Assembly: GCF_009914755.1 (NCBI RefSeq)
Contig: NC_060940.1
Length of the DNA: 64,000 bases
Direction: 5' to 3' (one strand)
DNA from: the human T2T-CHM13v2.0 reference genome, Homo sapiens
A program made the position numbers and the translations under genes. This document shows, piece after piece, positions 16,706 through 37,952 of the stretch; the stretch's first letter is position 1; the number at the start of each line of letters is the position of its first letter. The notes below the pieces were generated by a model. That model saw only the letters and a program-made list of their open reading frames with translations, had not been told where the DNA came from and searched no databases.

Positions 16706-19700
16706 GCTGAGGGGATTGAGGGGATTTCTATGCAAAGTGTGGATGGTGTGTTTTAATTTCTCCTTGCTTAATATAGTATAATGTGAGAGGAGATTGATAA
16801 AGAGGAAACTATTGGAAAATGTGGAATCAGGTATTTTATAAATAAAGAAGGTTCTCCCATCTTCTGGAAACCCCATAATCTTTTGAAAAATGAAGGAATT
16901 TTAAGATTTATTTCTACATTCTAGATACATGCCTAATATAAACTTGGATTTAAGTGCAAACAGAGATACATAGAAGATGAAAATTCTGCAGCAGATCATT
17001 TGCCAAATAGGCAGTTTTATACCAGTTTGTAATTTTACCTAAGATTCAAAAGATAAATGACAGACAGATCCAAATAATAAATTCTAACATTTCAATGCTA
17101 GACAACTGGTTGAGAGGCGCTTGAACTGACATTATTCTGATGAATCATACCTCAATAATAAAACTGTATTGAATGGTGTACCTGTTCAAGAGGCTGCTTG
17201 AGTAAATAGTTTCTACCTCCCCTACTTAGGAGTCCTGCCACAACCCAACATGCTCTAAAACCTGGGGGCCACTAAGAACAAAGACAGAAGTTTGAATATT
17301 ATGAAGTTATTATGAAGTTTTTGAGAGATCCACAATCACTGATGGGGTGATTGGTGAGGGTTTTCTCTAAGGGCCTAGGCTTGGAAGAGTATGGCTCTTT
17401 GTTATGATGAACAAAGAGCTGTTTTTTTTGATGAGTAGATGGCAGCAAAGACCATCAAGGAAAATGAAGAAATGGGGAAATATGGTCCAAACAGAGGGAC
17501 AACATAAAGGTCCAGAAACTGACATCAATGAATATAAAAGCATATGGATTTCTTGGCAGAAAATTTAAATATTACAATCTTGTTTAATAAGCTAGTGGCA
17601 GCATGCAAGAACACTGTGAGAATTTTAAGAGATAAAAAAATTTAAAAGAGAACTAAAAAAATTTGGTGTTGAAGAATACAGTAAGTCAGCCAAAAATTTT
17701 TAGACAGCACACTGTAGGAGAGGCTCAGGCTTTCCTTTCCCCTACAGGAGGTAGCCCTGCAATTTCCTTAGACGTGAATCACTGTTTCCTCCCACCCACC
17801 TTCTAGATTCTCTTCAGAGATTCTCCCGACTCCAGAGCTCATGTTCTCACATGTTGTGCGACTTTGGGTTAAAACACACCTGAAACATTTAATGGCTGTT
17901 GTCCTTGATCATTTGATCATCATCTGCATTTTAGTTGATGTGATTTTTTTAAACCTCAGTTTGAAGGAAAGAAAAAAAAAATCTATAGACTCTATCTAGG
18001 CCAGAATTACTTCTCTCTCTTTCCCTTGGTAGCTGCGAATGTAGCCCCAAATATGATAGGAATCAATAAACACTGCAGCTGTTACAACACTTTCTTGGTC
18101 AGCTGTTCCAACAGTATGAGAACCACGGCAGCACAATTATTTTATGGGACTAATTCTGTTCCTACTGGAGACACATTTATTCTTATGTACCAGGACCTCC
18201 AGTCCATCGCAGCCTATGATTATGGAGAAGGAAAGAAACATTCTTCAAATTTTCATCATACATGTGGCAAGAGAAACCGATATTTCTGTCCACTGCTTTC
18301 TAGACCCAGGTATTGTAGCTCCTGGCCATGGGACACTGTAGTGCTCTCTGTTTGGGGGCATTTAAGCATCCTAGAGAATAGTATTATCCCCAAAATGGCC
18401 CTTCTTTATTAAATTTCCTACTATAAAACGGAAGCATAAACTACCTGCTGTTTATCTCACATCAGACTGTGGAGACCTAAGTCAATGTTTCCATTGTTCT
18501 GCTGGGGCCTTGTTTCTGGTCAACTGTGAGGGAGAAAGAACTGCTGGATCACAGACTCTTGTTCCCGTGATCACATCTCCTGTCCCTTAACTATATCTAC
18601 ATCCCCTCGTGTCAGAACACATTGTGCAGTGTCTCATTCTAGGAATAAGATATTCAGTAACTTGGACAGTGACTCTAGTAGCTTCTCTATGATTAAGAAA
18701 AATACATGTGAAGATAAGAGTTAATTCTTCTAAGTATAAATGACTACCTATCAGGTTTGGGCTTTGACTAAATTTTTTAAATTGTCTCCTTATGACTGGT
18801 GGGTATCCTTACAGGGTGTAATGATTTTGTTAGACAAATGTGATATCTATCACTATCAGCTCAGGCACTCGGTGAGAGGTGCTGGTCAGTCTGGTTGGCG
18901 GTATCTGTGCTCAGCCTTTATTGTACGTTAGGGAATGTGCTGATATAAAGAGAGAGGATGCTATCACTTGTGTGGCAATAATGATTAAACTGCAGAAAAT
19001 CATCGTATTATGAGGTCTCCATACCCTCCTATGCAGCAGAAGAGATTTCCCTTGCTTTCAGCTGCTGGTTTCCTTACATTAAAATTTATTGCATTTCCTT
19101 TTACTGCACATTTTTTTTAAATTCTAAGATACTGTCTGCTTATTTAATTAAAGTAAGCACCAATAAATTTTAAAATTATCAATTACCTGTATAAGAAACA
19201 TAAAATGGGTGTGGTGAAGATGCCGAGTAGAGATACCAGAAAACAAAACTAATAAAGAAACACATTGTGTAAGTTTAGAGTCATCACTGAGCACTGAAAC
19301 CATGAGGAGCTTGTGTTGACTTTTATATTATTGAAAGTCTATTATATTTGACATCCAGAAGGCTGATCACACCAGTGAGAAAAATCTGTAGAGTGGTCCA
19401 CACAGATCAGAAATTAGAAAGTGATAAAGTCACAAACTTGCACAACCTGCAGACATTCAGTGTATTCAGCATTCAGCTCTTCCCATTTCTTCAGTAAAAT
19501 AGATGGGTTACATCTGCATGGAAAATGGGACAAGTATTTTGTAAGCTGATTCTCCTGGGAAGTTGCTAATGAAATCAGTCAAGTGATGCTCTGACACAGG
19601 ATTGTGAAGAGGACGTTGACCCCTGGTGGTCGCTGTCATCAACACGGGATGCTCAACGCTGGTGGGTGTCTTTGTTACTGTTTTGTTCACAAGAGATTTT

Positions 19701-21549
19701 AAGCTGTCATGTGCTGCATGCAGGTGAGTTTTTAAGCCTCAGATGAGGAAAATAACATGACCACACAGTAGATGAGAAAATTGAAGACCTCACTTCATCA
19801 ACCACATTCCACTGATGAGACCTGTTCACACAGAGAGCCAGGGATGAGCTGGGAAGAGGAAGGGGCTGGGGAAGATCATCCATAGATGGACCCATCCAGC
19901 CTGCTTGAACTCCCTGTGGAAGGAGGGTGTAAATGTTTGTCCTCAACTGATAGCGAGTATTTCAAGACCTTCACAAGCTTTCAGAAAAACAGTTTTCATG
20001 AACAAGTGCCCATACGTTACTCAGAGATGTACTTGTCATCATTTATCCTTCCTCTCTAGGCAGCACCACAGTAGCATGTTCTCAGAATTCTCCCTGATCC
20101 TCTGTGAGTTCCTGGTGCAGCTCCTGGAGGAAAAGCCTGCATGAGGGAGAGAGCCCTCCTCAATTGCAGCCCTGAGGCTGTCCCCAAAGTGCCATCAGCT
20201 CTCCTACATCCCTCTCGAGCCTCTGCTCTCTCTCCCTTCCACCCCCACCCCTTGGACAAGCAACATCTGAAAGTCTTCCCTGCCCTCGGCTCCCAGAGCT
20301 CTCTGGCGGTGGCCTGCACTCTCCCTCAAAGCGGCCCTCCCCCAGGTCACTGTCTTCCCTTCGATGACATCACGCGCCCACCCTGCGCTCCTGCTGGGCT
20401 GAGGCCCTCGGAGCCTACTTCACCGGGTCCTCTTCTCTCTTCTCTCAAAGGCCATGGGGTTTGCCTGCGGTCCAGATGGGTTGGCCCTCTTCCCCCTGTC
20501 CTGGGTCCTTGAGTGGCCCCGCTTATTTAGGCCATCTATGAGTCACTTCTCTAACGCCCCTGTCTCCAGACCAGCTTCAGTCAAAGGCTGGGCCAGAGAA
20601 GACCCTAGTGAGAAACTTCTGATGAGCAGTGTGACCTTGCCACCTCAAGGGTACCCGCCCACCGCCCCTGGTCTAAGCACAGGTGACACCGCCTGTCTCC
20701 CCCAACCACACACACCCCTTGAGGCTCCTCCTCCAAGCCTGGGTAGGGACACTGCCCCTCCCTCACCCAGGAAGCTCAGTCTGGCTTGGGCCAGAACTGC
20801 TTTTCTTCCTAAAGCTGGAGGGATGGCCGAGGGCTTAGCTTAACGGGATAAGCCATCTGGGGACTGCAGTGTCCACGATCAGATCAGGGAGCTTGAAGTT
20901 GAGGGGGGCACACTTTACCTCCCAGGCCAGGAGAATGACCACTTCCTTCCCCACCCCACCCCCAGGCTACTCTTGCCCTAGAAAATTCTAACCAAGCTGC
21001 TCAGCTGGTGGCGGAGAGGCAGCCCAACAAGCTGGCTCTTGCTGGGTAGGCCTGGGGGTCCTGGGGAGAGGAACACGGGGTGGGTGGGGGGCGGGCAGCC
21101 AGGACCTCAGACCTGAGGCCTTTGGGGAAGGGTCTGTGCACCCGCCAGGCACCAGGGGGCAGCCTTGCCTTATTCCCGCTCCAGTCCCCTCAAGTCCGAA
21201 GCCCCTACCCACTCTCATGCCAGGCAGGGGTGGGGGCCACCGGGGTCATTTACCCGGGCCCCTTCTCTGCCTTGGTGACAAAGTGGAGCCTTGCTCATCA
21301 GTCAGGCAGGCTCCCCTCTGGCCACTGTGGAGACACAGAGGCCTGTCACCTGAAGAGCTGGTCCCAGCCTCCAGCTTCCAGGGTAGCCGGGAAGCTCTAG
21401 CCCCCAGTGGGCAGCGGTGGACAGAGCTCAAGGAAGGAGCGAGCACCGGGAGGAGACGGCTGCAGCCTGCCAGGAGCGGGGAGAAAGGGAGAGAAGGGGA
21501 GGCGGAGGGCTGAGGGGGCCCGGGGGACGTCTTCCTAGGGCTGGGAGGG

Positions 21550-30465
<8,916 letters not shown>

Positions 30466-33400
30466 AGGCCTCTGCTTCTGCCTCTGCTGCTCTAAGGGGT
30501 CGAGGTGCAGGAAGTAGGGGGAACCTCCTCCAGCTGGAGCTGCTGTGGTGGGCAAGGCTCTACTCTGGAGGCCTCTGAGGCCAGCACCCTTCTGGGGACT
30601 GGGAAGGGAGCAGGGAAGGCAGCAGCCCAGGGAAAACCTTGTCCCCCTGGAGCCGAGGCACCTGGGGAGAGCAGGATGAGAGAGCTGGAGAGCAGCCACA
30701 CCCACGGGGAAGGATGGGTGTAAAGCCATGGGTGCTGAAATTTTCAAAATGTTACCCCAAGAATTTGTCACTGAACAGGTGCCTTGTGTCACTTGGGCCA
30801 GGCTGATAGCAGCAGAGGGGATAACTCTTTGCATCAGGGATCAATTTTGAAGGTGGAGCCAGTAGGGGTTGTGCATGACCAGGATGCAGGGCTCAAAGAG
30901 GAGTTAAGGACAACAGATTTGGCCTGAGCAAGAGGAAAGATGGAGCTGCCAGGTCCTGCAATGGGGAGGCAAGGAGAGAATGGTCCGGAGTCAGCCTTGG
31001 GTGTGTCATGCAGGAAGTGTCATCCAAGTGGAGATGTCTAGTTGGCAGGTGGACACAGGAGTTCCAGAAAGTACTGGAGATGGAACTTTGCAAGTTCTTA
31101 CCACATAGAGATGACACTGAAAGCCCTGAACCTGGGTGAGCTCACAGGGACGCCGCAAGTCCCGGGACACAATGAGAGGGGCAGAGGGAAGATGCGGCAG
31201 CAATGGGGGAGGATGCCTGAGAGCTCCTGGTGGGGTCCTGCAACCTGAGCCAGTGAGGACCCCTCACAGGTCAGGGAGGAGCAGTGGCTGGCTCCATCTG
31301 TCCAGTGCTGCTGCTGCTGCTGCTGCTGGTGAAGGACAGTGACCTGCAAATGCTCACTGAGTCTGGCAAGGGTCACAGGGGCCTGGTGAGGGTGGCTTGC
31401 ATGAGGGGTTGCGTGTGAAAGGCTGGTTGGTGTGCGATTGAGAAAAGGAGTGGTGGCAGCCCATTGTCATCTGCAGACGAAGGGAGAGACAACAACATAG
31501 TTTACCCAGACAAGGAAATATGAGCCGGCCTGGAAAGGGAAGGCACTCCAACACACGACACAACATGGCTGACCCCTGGAGGGCATTTCTGTGAAATGAT
31601 CCATCATAAAGAGACACTTGCTATAGGGTTCTGCTCCTGAGAGAGAGACAGGGCCTTACATGAGAGGAGGGAGATCCACAGAGACAGAGGGCAAGGGTGG
31701 GTGCCAGGGGCTGGGGACAGGGTGGGGAGTGTTGAGTGGGGACAGAGTGTCAGTTTGAGAAAATAAATTCTAGAGGTGGACGGAAGAGGTGGCTGCGCAA
31801 CACTGTGGCTGCACTTAATGCCACTGAATTGCACACTTAACGATGGTGAAAATGGCTCATTACATATACATTGATGACACTATATATATGTGTGATATAC
31901 ATGCGTTTTACCATGAGAAGAGGCGGAGAGGAATTGAAGACAGTGAGTACAGACAGGTCCTTCAAGGGGCGGGACCCATGCACAAGATGAGCATGTGGCA
32001 CCCCACCCTGAAAGGGCTGGGCACGATGGCAGGGCACAGCAGGCAATGCAGTGGGTGGCTCAGGCAAGCACAGAGAGCATCAGGGATTGGAGCCTGTGAA
32101 GGGGGAGCAGGTGACCCCTCAGAGCAAAGTGACAGCTTGGGCTGCTCCCTTTGCGTCCTGCCCAGGACTGCTATCGTGCTATGGGAGAACCCCCAGAGGC
32201 CCTGCTCCTCAGCAGGCAGCACCCCCTATGGAGGGGCTTTACCCCTAAACTTCTGGAGCCAGGAGAGGGACCTGGCTTAGAATACGGCCAACCAAGAGCC
32301 TGGGTGAGAAATACATGGACCAGACAGGGAGCAGAGAAAGGAGTGGCAGCGCAGTCCCACCCTAGCTCAGCTGGGGGCTCTGGAGCCTGCTCTGGCCCCC
32401 ATCTCTTCGGCAACCACTGTTTCTAGTTTTCTTTTTCTCCCCGAGAAGCCTGTCCTCTCACCATGCCTGTGCCTTCAAGAACCCCACCTGGCTGGCAGCT
32501 CCCAGATCTCCAGCCTGGCCCTCCTTAGCTGCAAAGGTGCTTCCCAACGTCGGCAAGACCTCTCCCTAGGGTGCCCCAGGCCTTCACACAGCCCCTGTCT
32601 CCAACCGACTCCAACTGTCCTGCAGCCCACGGTCACCCTCAGGACCCCTGAGCTCAGGCCAACTGCTTTATACACTGTCAGCCAGGTCTCTGCCTGGATG
32701 ACAATCACCCTCTGCTAATTGTTCTCCACACCTCCAGGCCAAATGCCCTCCAAGCCACCTCATGCACCACAATGACACCAAACACACAGAAAAAAGACAT
32801 TGAAAAAAGGAAACTTCACAGAAGCATGTCATTTAAAGTGGGTTCTGAAATGGAGACACCATTACCTCAGGACTTAGCTCCCGCATGAGGGGTTAGGACA
32901 CAGAGATCAACAAGCAGCAGGCTTTGCCCTCAAGCAGCTCACAGTCTAGTGGAAGATGGGTAAGAAAACAGATCAGGATGCCCACGGGTGCAGATGCCCT
33001 GGAACAGAAGCTGATCCAGGAAAGCGCAAGCCTGCAGGCCGCCCTCCAGTCTAGGCTGGGCAAGCACCTCAATTTTCATCTCTAAGAGCCTGTGCCCACA
33101 CCCCCGCCCCAATGTTGTTCCATCACTCCACTAGAAAGGGCGCTCCAGAAGCTGGCCTCGTGCAGCTTTCTGTCTGCTGCTAGCCTAGGCAGAACAGCGG
33201 AAGAAGCCATCAGGGCTGGTGAGGGAAGCACCCATTTGGACTTTAGCCTTTCAAAGCTCAGAGAAGGGTGAGCTCAGGGAGGCCCAAGGTAGCCGAGAAC
33301 ACTTCCTGGAGAAGTGGTATCAGCCTTCGGCCTTGGCACAGCAACCAGAGGGTATTGCCCACGTGTCCCCTACTCCCTCAGACACCACCTCTCAGACCGC

Positions 33401-34364
33401 CTGGAAAGGGACAGAACTTGTCACGAGGCAGCTGTGCTCTGAGCACAAGGGAAGGGCGACAGGATGCTAGAGAAGGGAACCACTGGCCTGGGCCTGGGCA
33501 GGGCAGGCAGAAGCAAGCATGCACAGCAGGCCATCAGCTACCCTGCCAGCATCAACATCCTTCAGGGGTCCCCCCAGTTCCAGGAGACACACCTCTAACC
33601 TGCTCCCCTGACCCTTCCGCCCAGTCCTCATGCAGACACCAGGCATGGCAGAGGCCCTGCAGGGTGGGAGCACTGTGCTGCGGGTGGGGACTGCCTTCCT
33701 CATGTGCTACTGGAGAGCAGCACAGTGCAGGGGCCTGGGCACTGGCGCCAGGCAGGAAGCCTCGGTTCTGGCCTGGCTTGCTGTGGGCCTGGAAGACACA
33801 GCTTTGAGGGAGCCACGGGAGGGACGCCCTGGAGCCAGCACCAGCACAGCGCTCTGGTGGCAGGCACACACCCAGCACGTTCTCAGGGCCAAGGGCCCCA
33901 GCCCCTTTCTGCCTAGCTCTGCCCTGGGCCAGCTCCAGGTCACTGCCAAGGACAAGTCTCCTCTCCCAGCTGGCATTAGTCAGAGGTCATCCTGCAAACC
34001 TTCAGGAGGGGGTGGGGCAGGGAGTGACTAGTGGCATTCTGCCACGTTCTGTCTGTCCCAAATGTGACGAACAGGAACCCAGAGAAGGCAAGCGAGTCCT
34101 CTACCCAGAAGCCCTGCCGGTTTACTGAGCCTCCCAAGCTGCCCACACCCAGGGAGGCAGACAGGACACACACTCGGTGGGTGGCCCTGAAGCGAGGCCT
34201 GGCCCAGCCCGGGGAGCAAGAGGACAGAGAGGGCAGGGCCTTTGAGAACAGGTGTGAGCCTGGCCTTCAGTGGTGGAAACAGGTTGAAGGCCTGTGGCCC
34301 CTTGGGGGCTCCAGGCAGGAAAGAAAGCAGAGCCCTCTCCATGGCCACAGTCACACACCGCACC

Positions 34365-37300
34365 ACATACACACCATGACAACTTTTATTGCCCTCAAGA
34401 GAAACTCCAGTCCACCTGCTCCACCCACCCTCCTGCGGGACCAAAGAAAACACCCAGAGGGCAAAACAAAAAAGGGCTCAAACCAACAGGAAGTCAGCCC
34501 CACCGCAAGCCAAACTACAACTAACTCGTGTCCTCCACGCTCAGGCGTGGAAGCCAGGGCTGTGCCAGGCCTGGCCAGGCCAAGCAGGATAACAGCAAAT
34601 GCATTCTGAACGTGTAGCAATCAGGTACCCTGTAATGTGCTTGGAGAGTGTGGACAAGGGCCAAGATGACGAGCTATGAGCTGTGGAAGGGAATGGGGGA
34701 AGTGAAGGGCACAAACAGAAGTACTGGAGGGAGAGGCTGGGCTCTCAGGAAGCAGCAGGCACGTGCCAGGTGGAAGCCAGCTGCAGGCCAGGGAGGAAGG
34801 AGGCCCTTACTCTTTCTTCTTGTCCATGGGACCAACTACTGTAGCCTGGAAAGGGACAGAAATCCCACAGCAGTAGGTTGGCCAGGTCCACTCCTCCCCT
34901 GCCATCTCCAGCCCCCTGCCCCAGAGGTCCAGCTCGGTTCCCCTCTCTCCTAATGAGAGCTATTCAAGTGAGCAAGGGGCCCCCTCCCCGGCTACACCCA
35001 AAGGCCTGCCAGGGTAGGAGCATCAGCCCTGGCCCACACTCTAAGGAAAGCCCTGGACCTAACGCCAGCCAGGGAGGACTGCCAGGACCTCACTGGGGGC
35101 TGAGTCCTGGCTGCAGGGAACAGCAAGGTATCCAGTACCCTTCAAGACCTGATCAGGCCCTTCCCAACTCTGCACACCTTTGACAGGTGCCCTCGAAGCC
35201 CAAGTCCCATCTGCCAAGCCTGCCCTATACAGAGGGCATGGGTGCCCTCTTTGAGGCTGGACCCTTCCTCCCCACCTGCTGTGGTGCCCAAACTTGGGCC
35301 ACCAAGCACTGAGGCCAGCTGTCCAAAGTTAGGAGTATTTATGTGGCCCTCACTCCCAACGTCAAGACCGCCTGGCTTCCAAATGCGGCCTGGTGCACCC
35401 AAGCTAGTCTGAGGACTTGGATCAGGCCTAGGGCAGCAGGTGATGGCCACAACTAGTGCCTGCTAGGGGAGGTGCCTTTTTGACACCTTGTGCCCTTACT
35501 TGCCCAGGGATCTTTGCCCTATGTCACCCCCCAGCACTCTAGGAAAGAAGGCCAGCAGTGGGTCCCAGAGTTTCACCTGCTTCTTTGTTCTTGACTGGGC
35601 CCCAAACCATGGAATGAGCCTGAGCACGAAGATAGGAAGGCTTAGAGCCTAGTGAGCCAGTGCCACTCCTGAGGGCTGCCTCGGCAAGTGTCTACATCTG
35701 CTGCCAGGCCACCCCTCTCCTGCCCGGTGAATGGTCCCACTCGGTAGGGCAGAGGTGGCCAGGGGGAGTGGGGGAGAGGGCAGCCGGCCCCTGGGCCCCT
35801 GGAAGGTTCCCTCCGCACCCGCAGGGGCTGCCTCATCCTGCTCTGCTTTCCTGCCCTGGGCGCAGCGATACGTGAGGGCTGACCTGCAGCTTTGCGTGCT
35901 CCTACTGCAAGCGGTCGTACTCCTTGGTGAGGCCCTCAGACTGCTTCCGCATGGCCAGAACCTGGTTTTCAGCTTTCTCTAGTTCTTGAAATGATGTAAA
36001 TGACCAAGAAAACAGAAATGAAAAGACAGGAATCGGGGGTAAAAACCCAGCTTCTACAGACACCAGAAACTGGCCCAAATCTATCTCAAACGAGGTTATA
36101 CAGGAGCCTACTTCTCAAAATAAAACCGCTCTGCTTTTGCAGGCCCCCAAAGTAGAGGGAAAGGCTGACAAAAAAGCTCAAGATAAAGCAAAAGAAATAC
36201 AGAGGACATCCCCCAGTCCCTTTAATGGAGGGGAACTCTAGTGGCTCTCGGCAAGGGTAACCTCCAGGGAGGCTGAGAGTGGGAGACAGGGAACAAGATC
36301 CCAGCCTGAAAGCGAGACCCAATGACAACCATGCCTTGCAGACAGCAGCAGCAGGCGAGGCCTGTGGTATTGTGGGAAAACGCCCCAGACTTAAGTCTAT
36401 GCATGGGAGACCAAAGACAGGCAGGCCGCCTGGGAGCTGCCCACTCCGCTCCTGAACACCACTCCCACACTCCCCTCATTCTAAGCCCCCAGGCAGGCTG
36501 GGGCTACCGTGCCACACTCTGGATGGGAAAGCCCCAGCGTGCACTGCTCTAGCGCAGGGCAATCGAGTCCCACCAACTGCAGCCTGGTTCCTCCTGAGCC
36601 CCATTCAAACCACTTAGCCTCACTGGCCTGCCGGCTAAGCATGGCTGCATTGGGGTTGGAGGCATAGGGTGCTATTTGTTTGTTTTCACACAGCCCTCGA
36701 GCATGCGTGCAAGGCTTGTTACTAGTACTTTGGCACAAAATGGGCAGCAGCGGGCAGAGGACGCTCCTCTGGACTTCCCTGCGGGGAAGGACATGAGGTC
36801 AAGCCTCACTTTGCTTAGTGCTGGCCAGCTCATCCTTTAGCTTCTGCAGCTCAGCCTTCAGGCTCCTGTTCTCTTCCTCCAACTTCACCTCAGCATTCCC
36901 GACATCCAACTTGCCTCCGTCAACAGCAGCTCACTGGGAAAAGTGCCAAAGGTCAGGGTTACTCAGGAGGGAGGGAGGGAGAGGTTCCAGCCCCATCCTC
37001 CCCACCAAGCTGCGGTTCCTCAAGCTGCCCTGGCCACTCGCCCCTTCGGAAATGTCAACGCGGAACAGAGCCACCACTTGCTCCCAGCTCTTAGGCAAAG
37101 GCCAGGGCGTGGCTGCCCGCCAAGGGGAAGAGAAGCGCCAGTGGGGCCACCTGCTGCAGCTCGCCGGGCACGCCTTGCCTGCCCTGGCCCCTGGCCCTGC
37201 CTCCTTCCCGAGCAGCAGGGCTCAGCAGCTCCATGGTGCTCACCAACCCCTCCGCGGATGGCGGTGCCTTGTGCTCTCTACACGGTGCCACTCACTGCAG

Positions 37301-37952
37301 TCAGGGGCCCCCAGTCGGCCTGGCCAGCTCTATCCCACCTCTGCATCCACATCCCTCCGAGCTTGCCTTGCAGCTCACCTCCTGACAGGACTTCTAAGAC
37401 TGGCCAACTACCCTGGCCCCACCTCCTCTCCAGCACTGAGGGATGCCACAGACCCCGAGTTCCAGAGGGGGTGCGGCAATCTTGCAGGGAACAATGGCCT
37501 AGCTGAGGGCTTTTGGTTCACAGCAGAGGGCCTGGCTCACTGAGGGGCCATTTTTCTCAGGGAAGGGTCTGACTGGAAGCAATGGATGGAAACGTGAGCA
37601 GCAACACCCTCCTCCTCACCAGGACCCCCACACACAGACGTCTCCAGCAGGCATACTCTCCCCACTGAGGACTTCCCCTCTGTGCCTCCACCCAACTCTG
37701 GCTTTTCAGGCACATTTCCCAGGGTGATAGGCTAGCAGTGGCCACTGAGGCCCTAAAGAATATGGCTCCTGCAGTATAACACCAGGACGCCCCATGGTGG
37801 GTCGAGAAACTGGACTCACCTTCTTGAGCTGGTCATTCTCCGTGTACTTCTTGGCCGCCTCACTAGCACTCTCCATCTGCTTTTTAAAGGCTTCATTGGA
37901 GGCCAACAGTGTGGCCTGCTGCAAGATGAGAGTCACCAGGCATCTAAGCAGG
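34365..37952 (-). pseudogene. BCAP31 partial unprocessed pseudogene (last four exons plus 3'UTR), tail-to-tail with the SLC6A8 paralogue
   Basis: Exons: 37952-37820 (LVTLILQQATLLASNEAFKKQ; 3-nt deletion; acceptor AG>CG), 36933-36810 (first codon GGA>TGA), 35984-35884 (TAG at 35904-35902), 34845-34807 (...GPMDKKEE*, KKXX ER-retrieval motif). AATAAA at 34390-34385. No upstream exons seen before the junction at ~46453. Confidence 0.93.

Noticed and set aside
31308-31328. (CTG)7 tract with a polyQ ORF on the minus strand
   Set aside because: Short and intergenic, amid old repeat-like sequence; no coding support.
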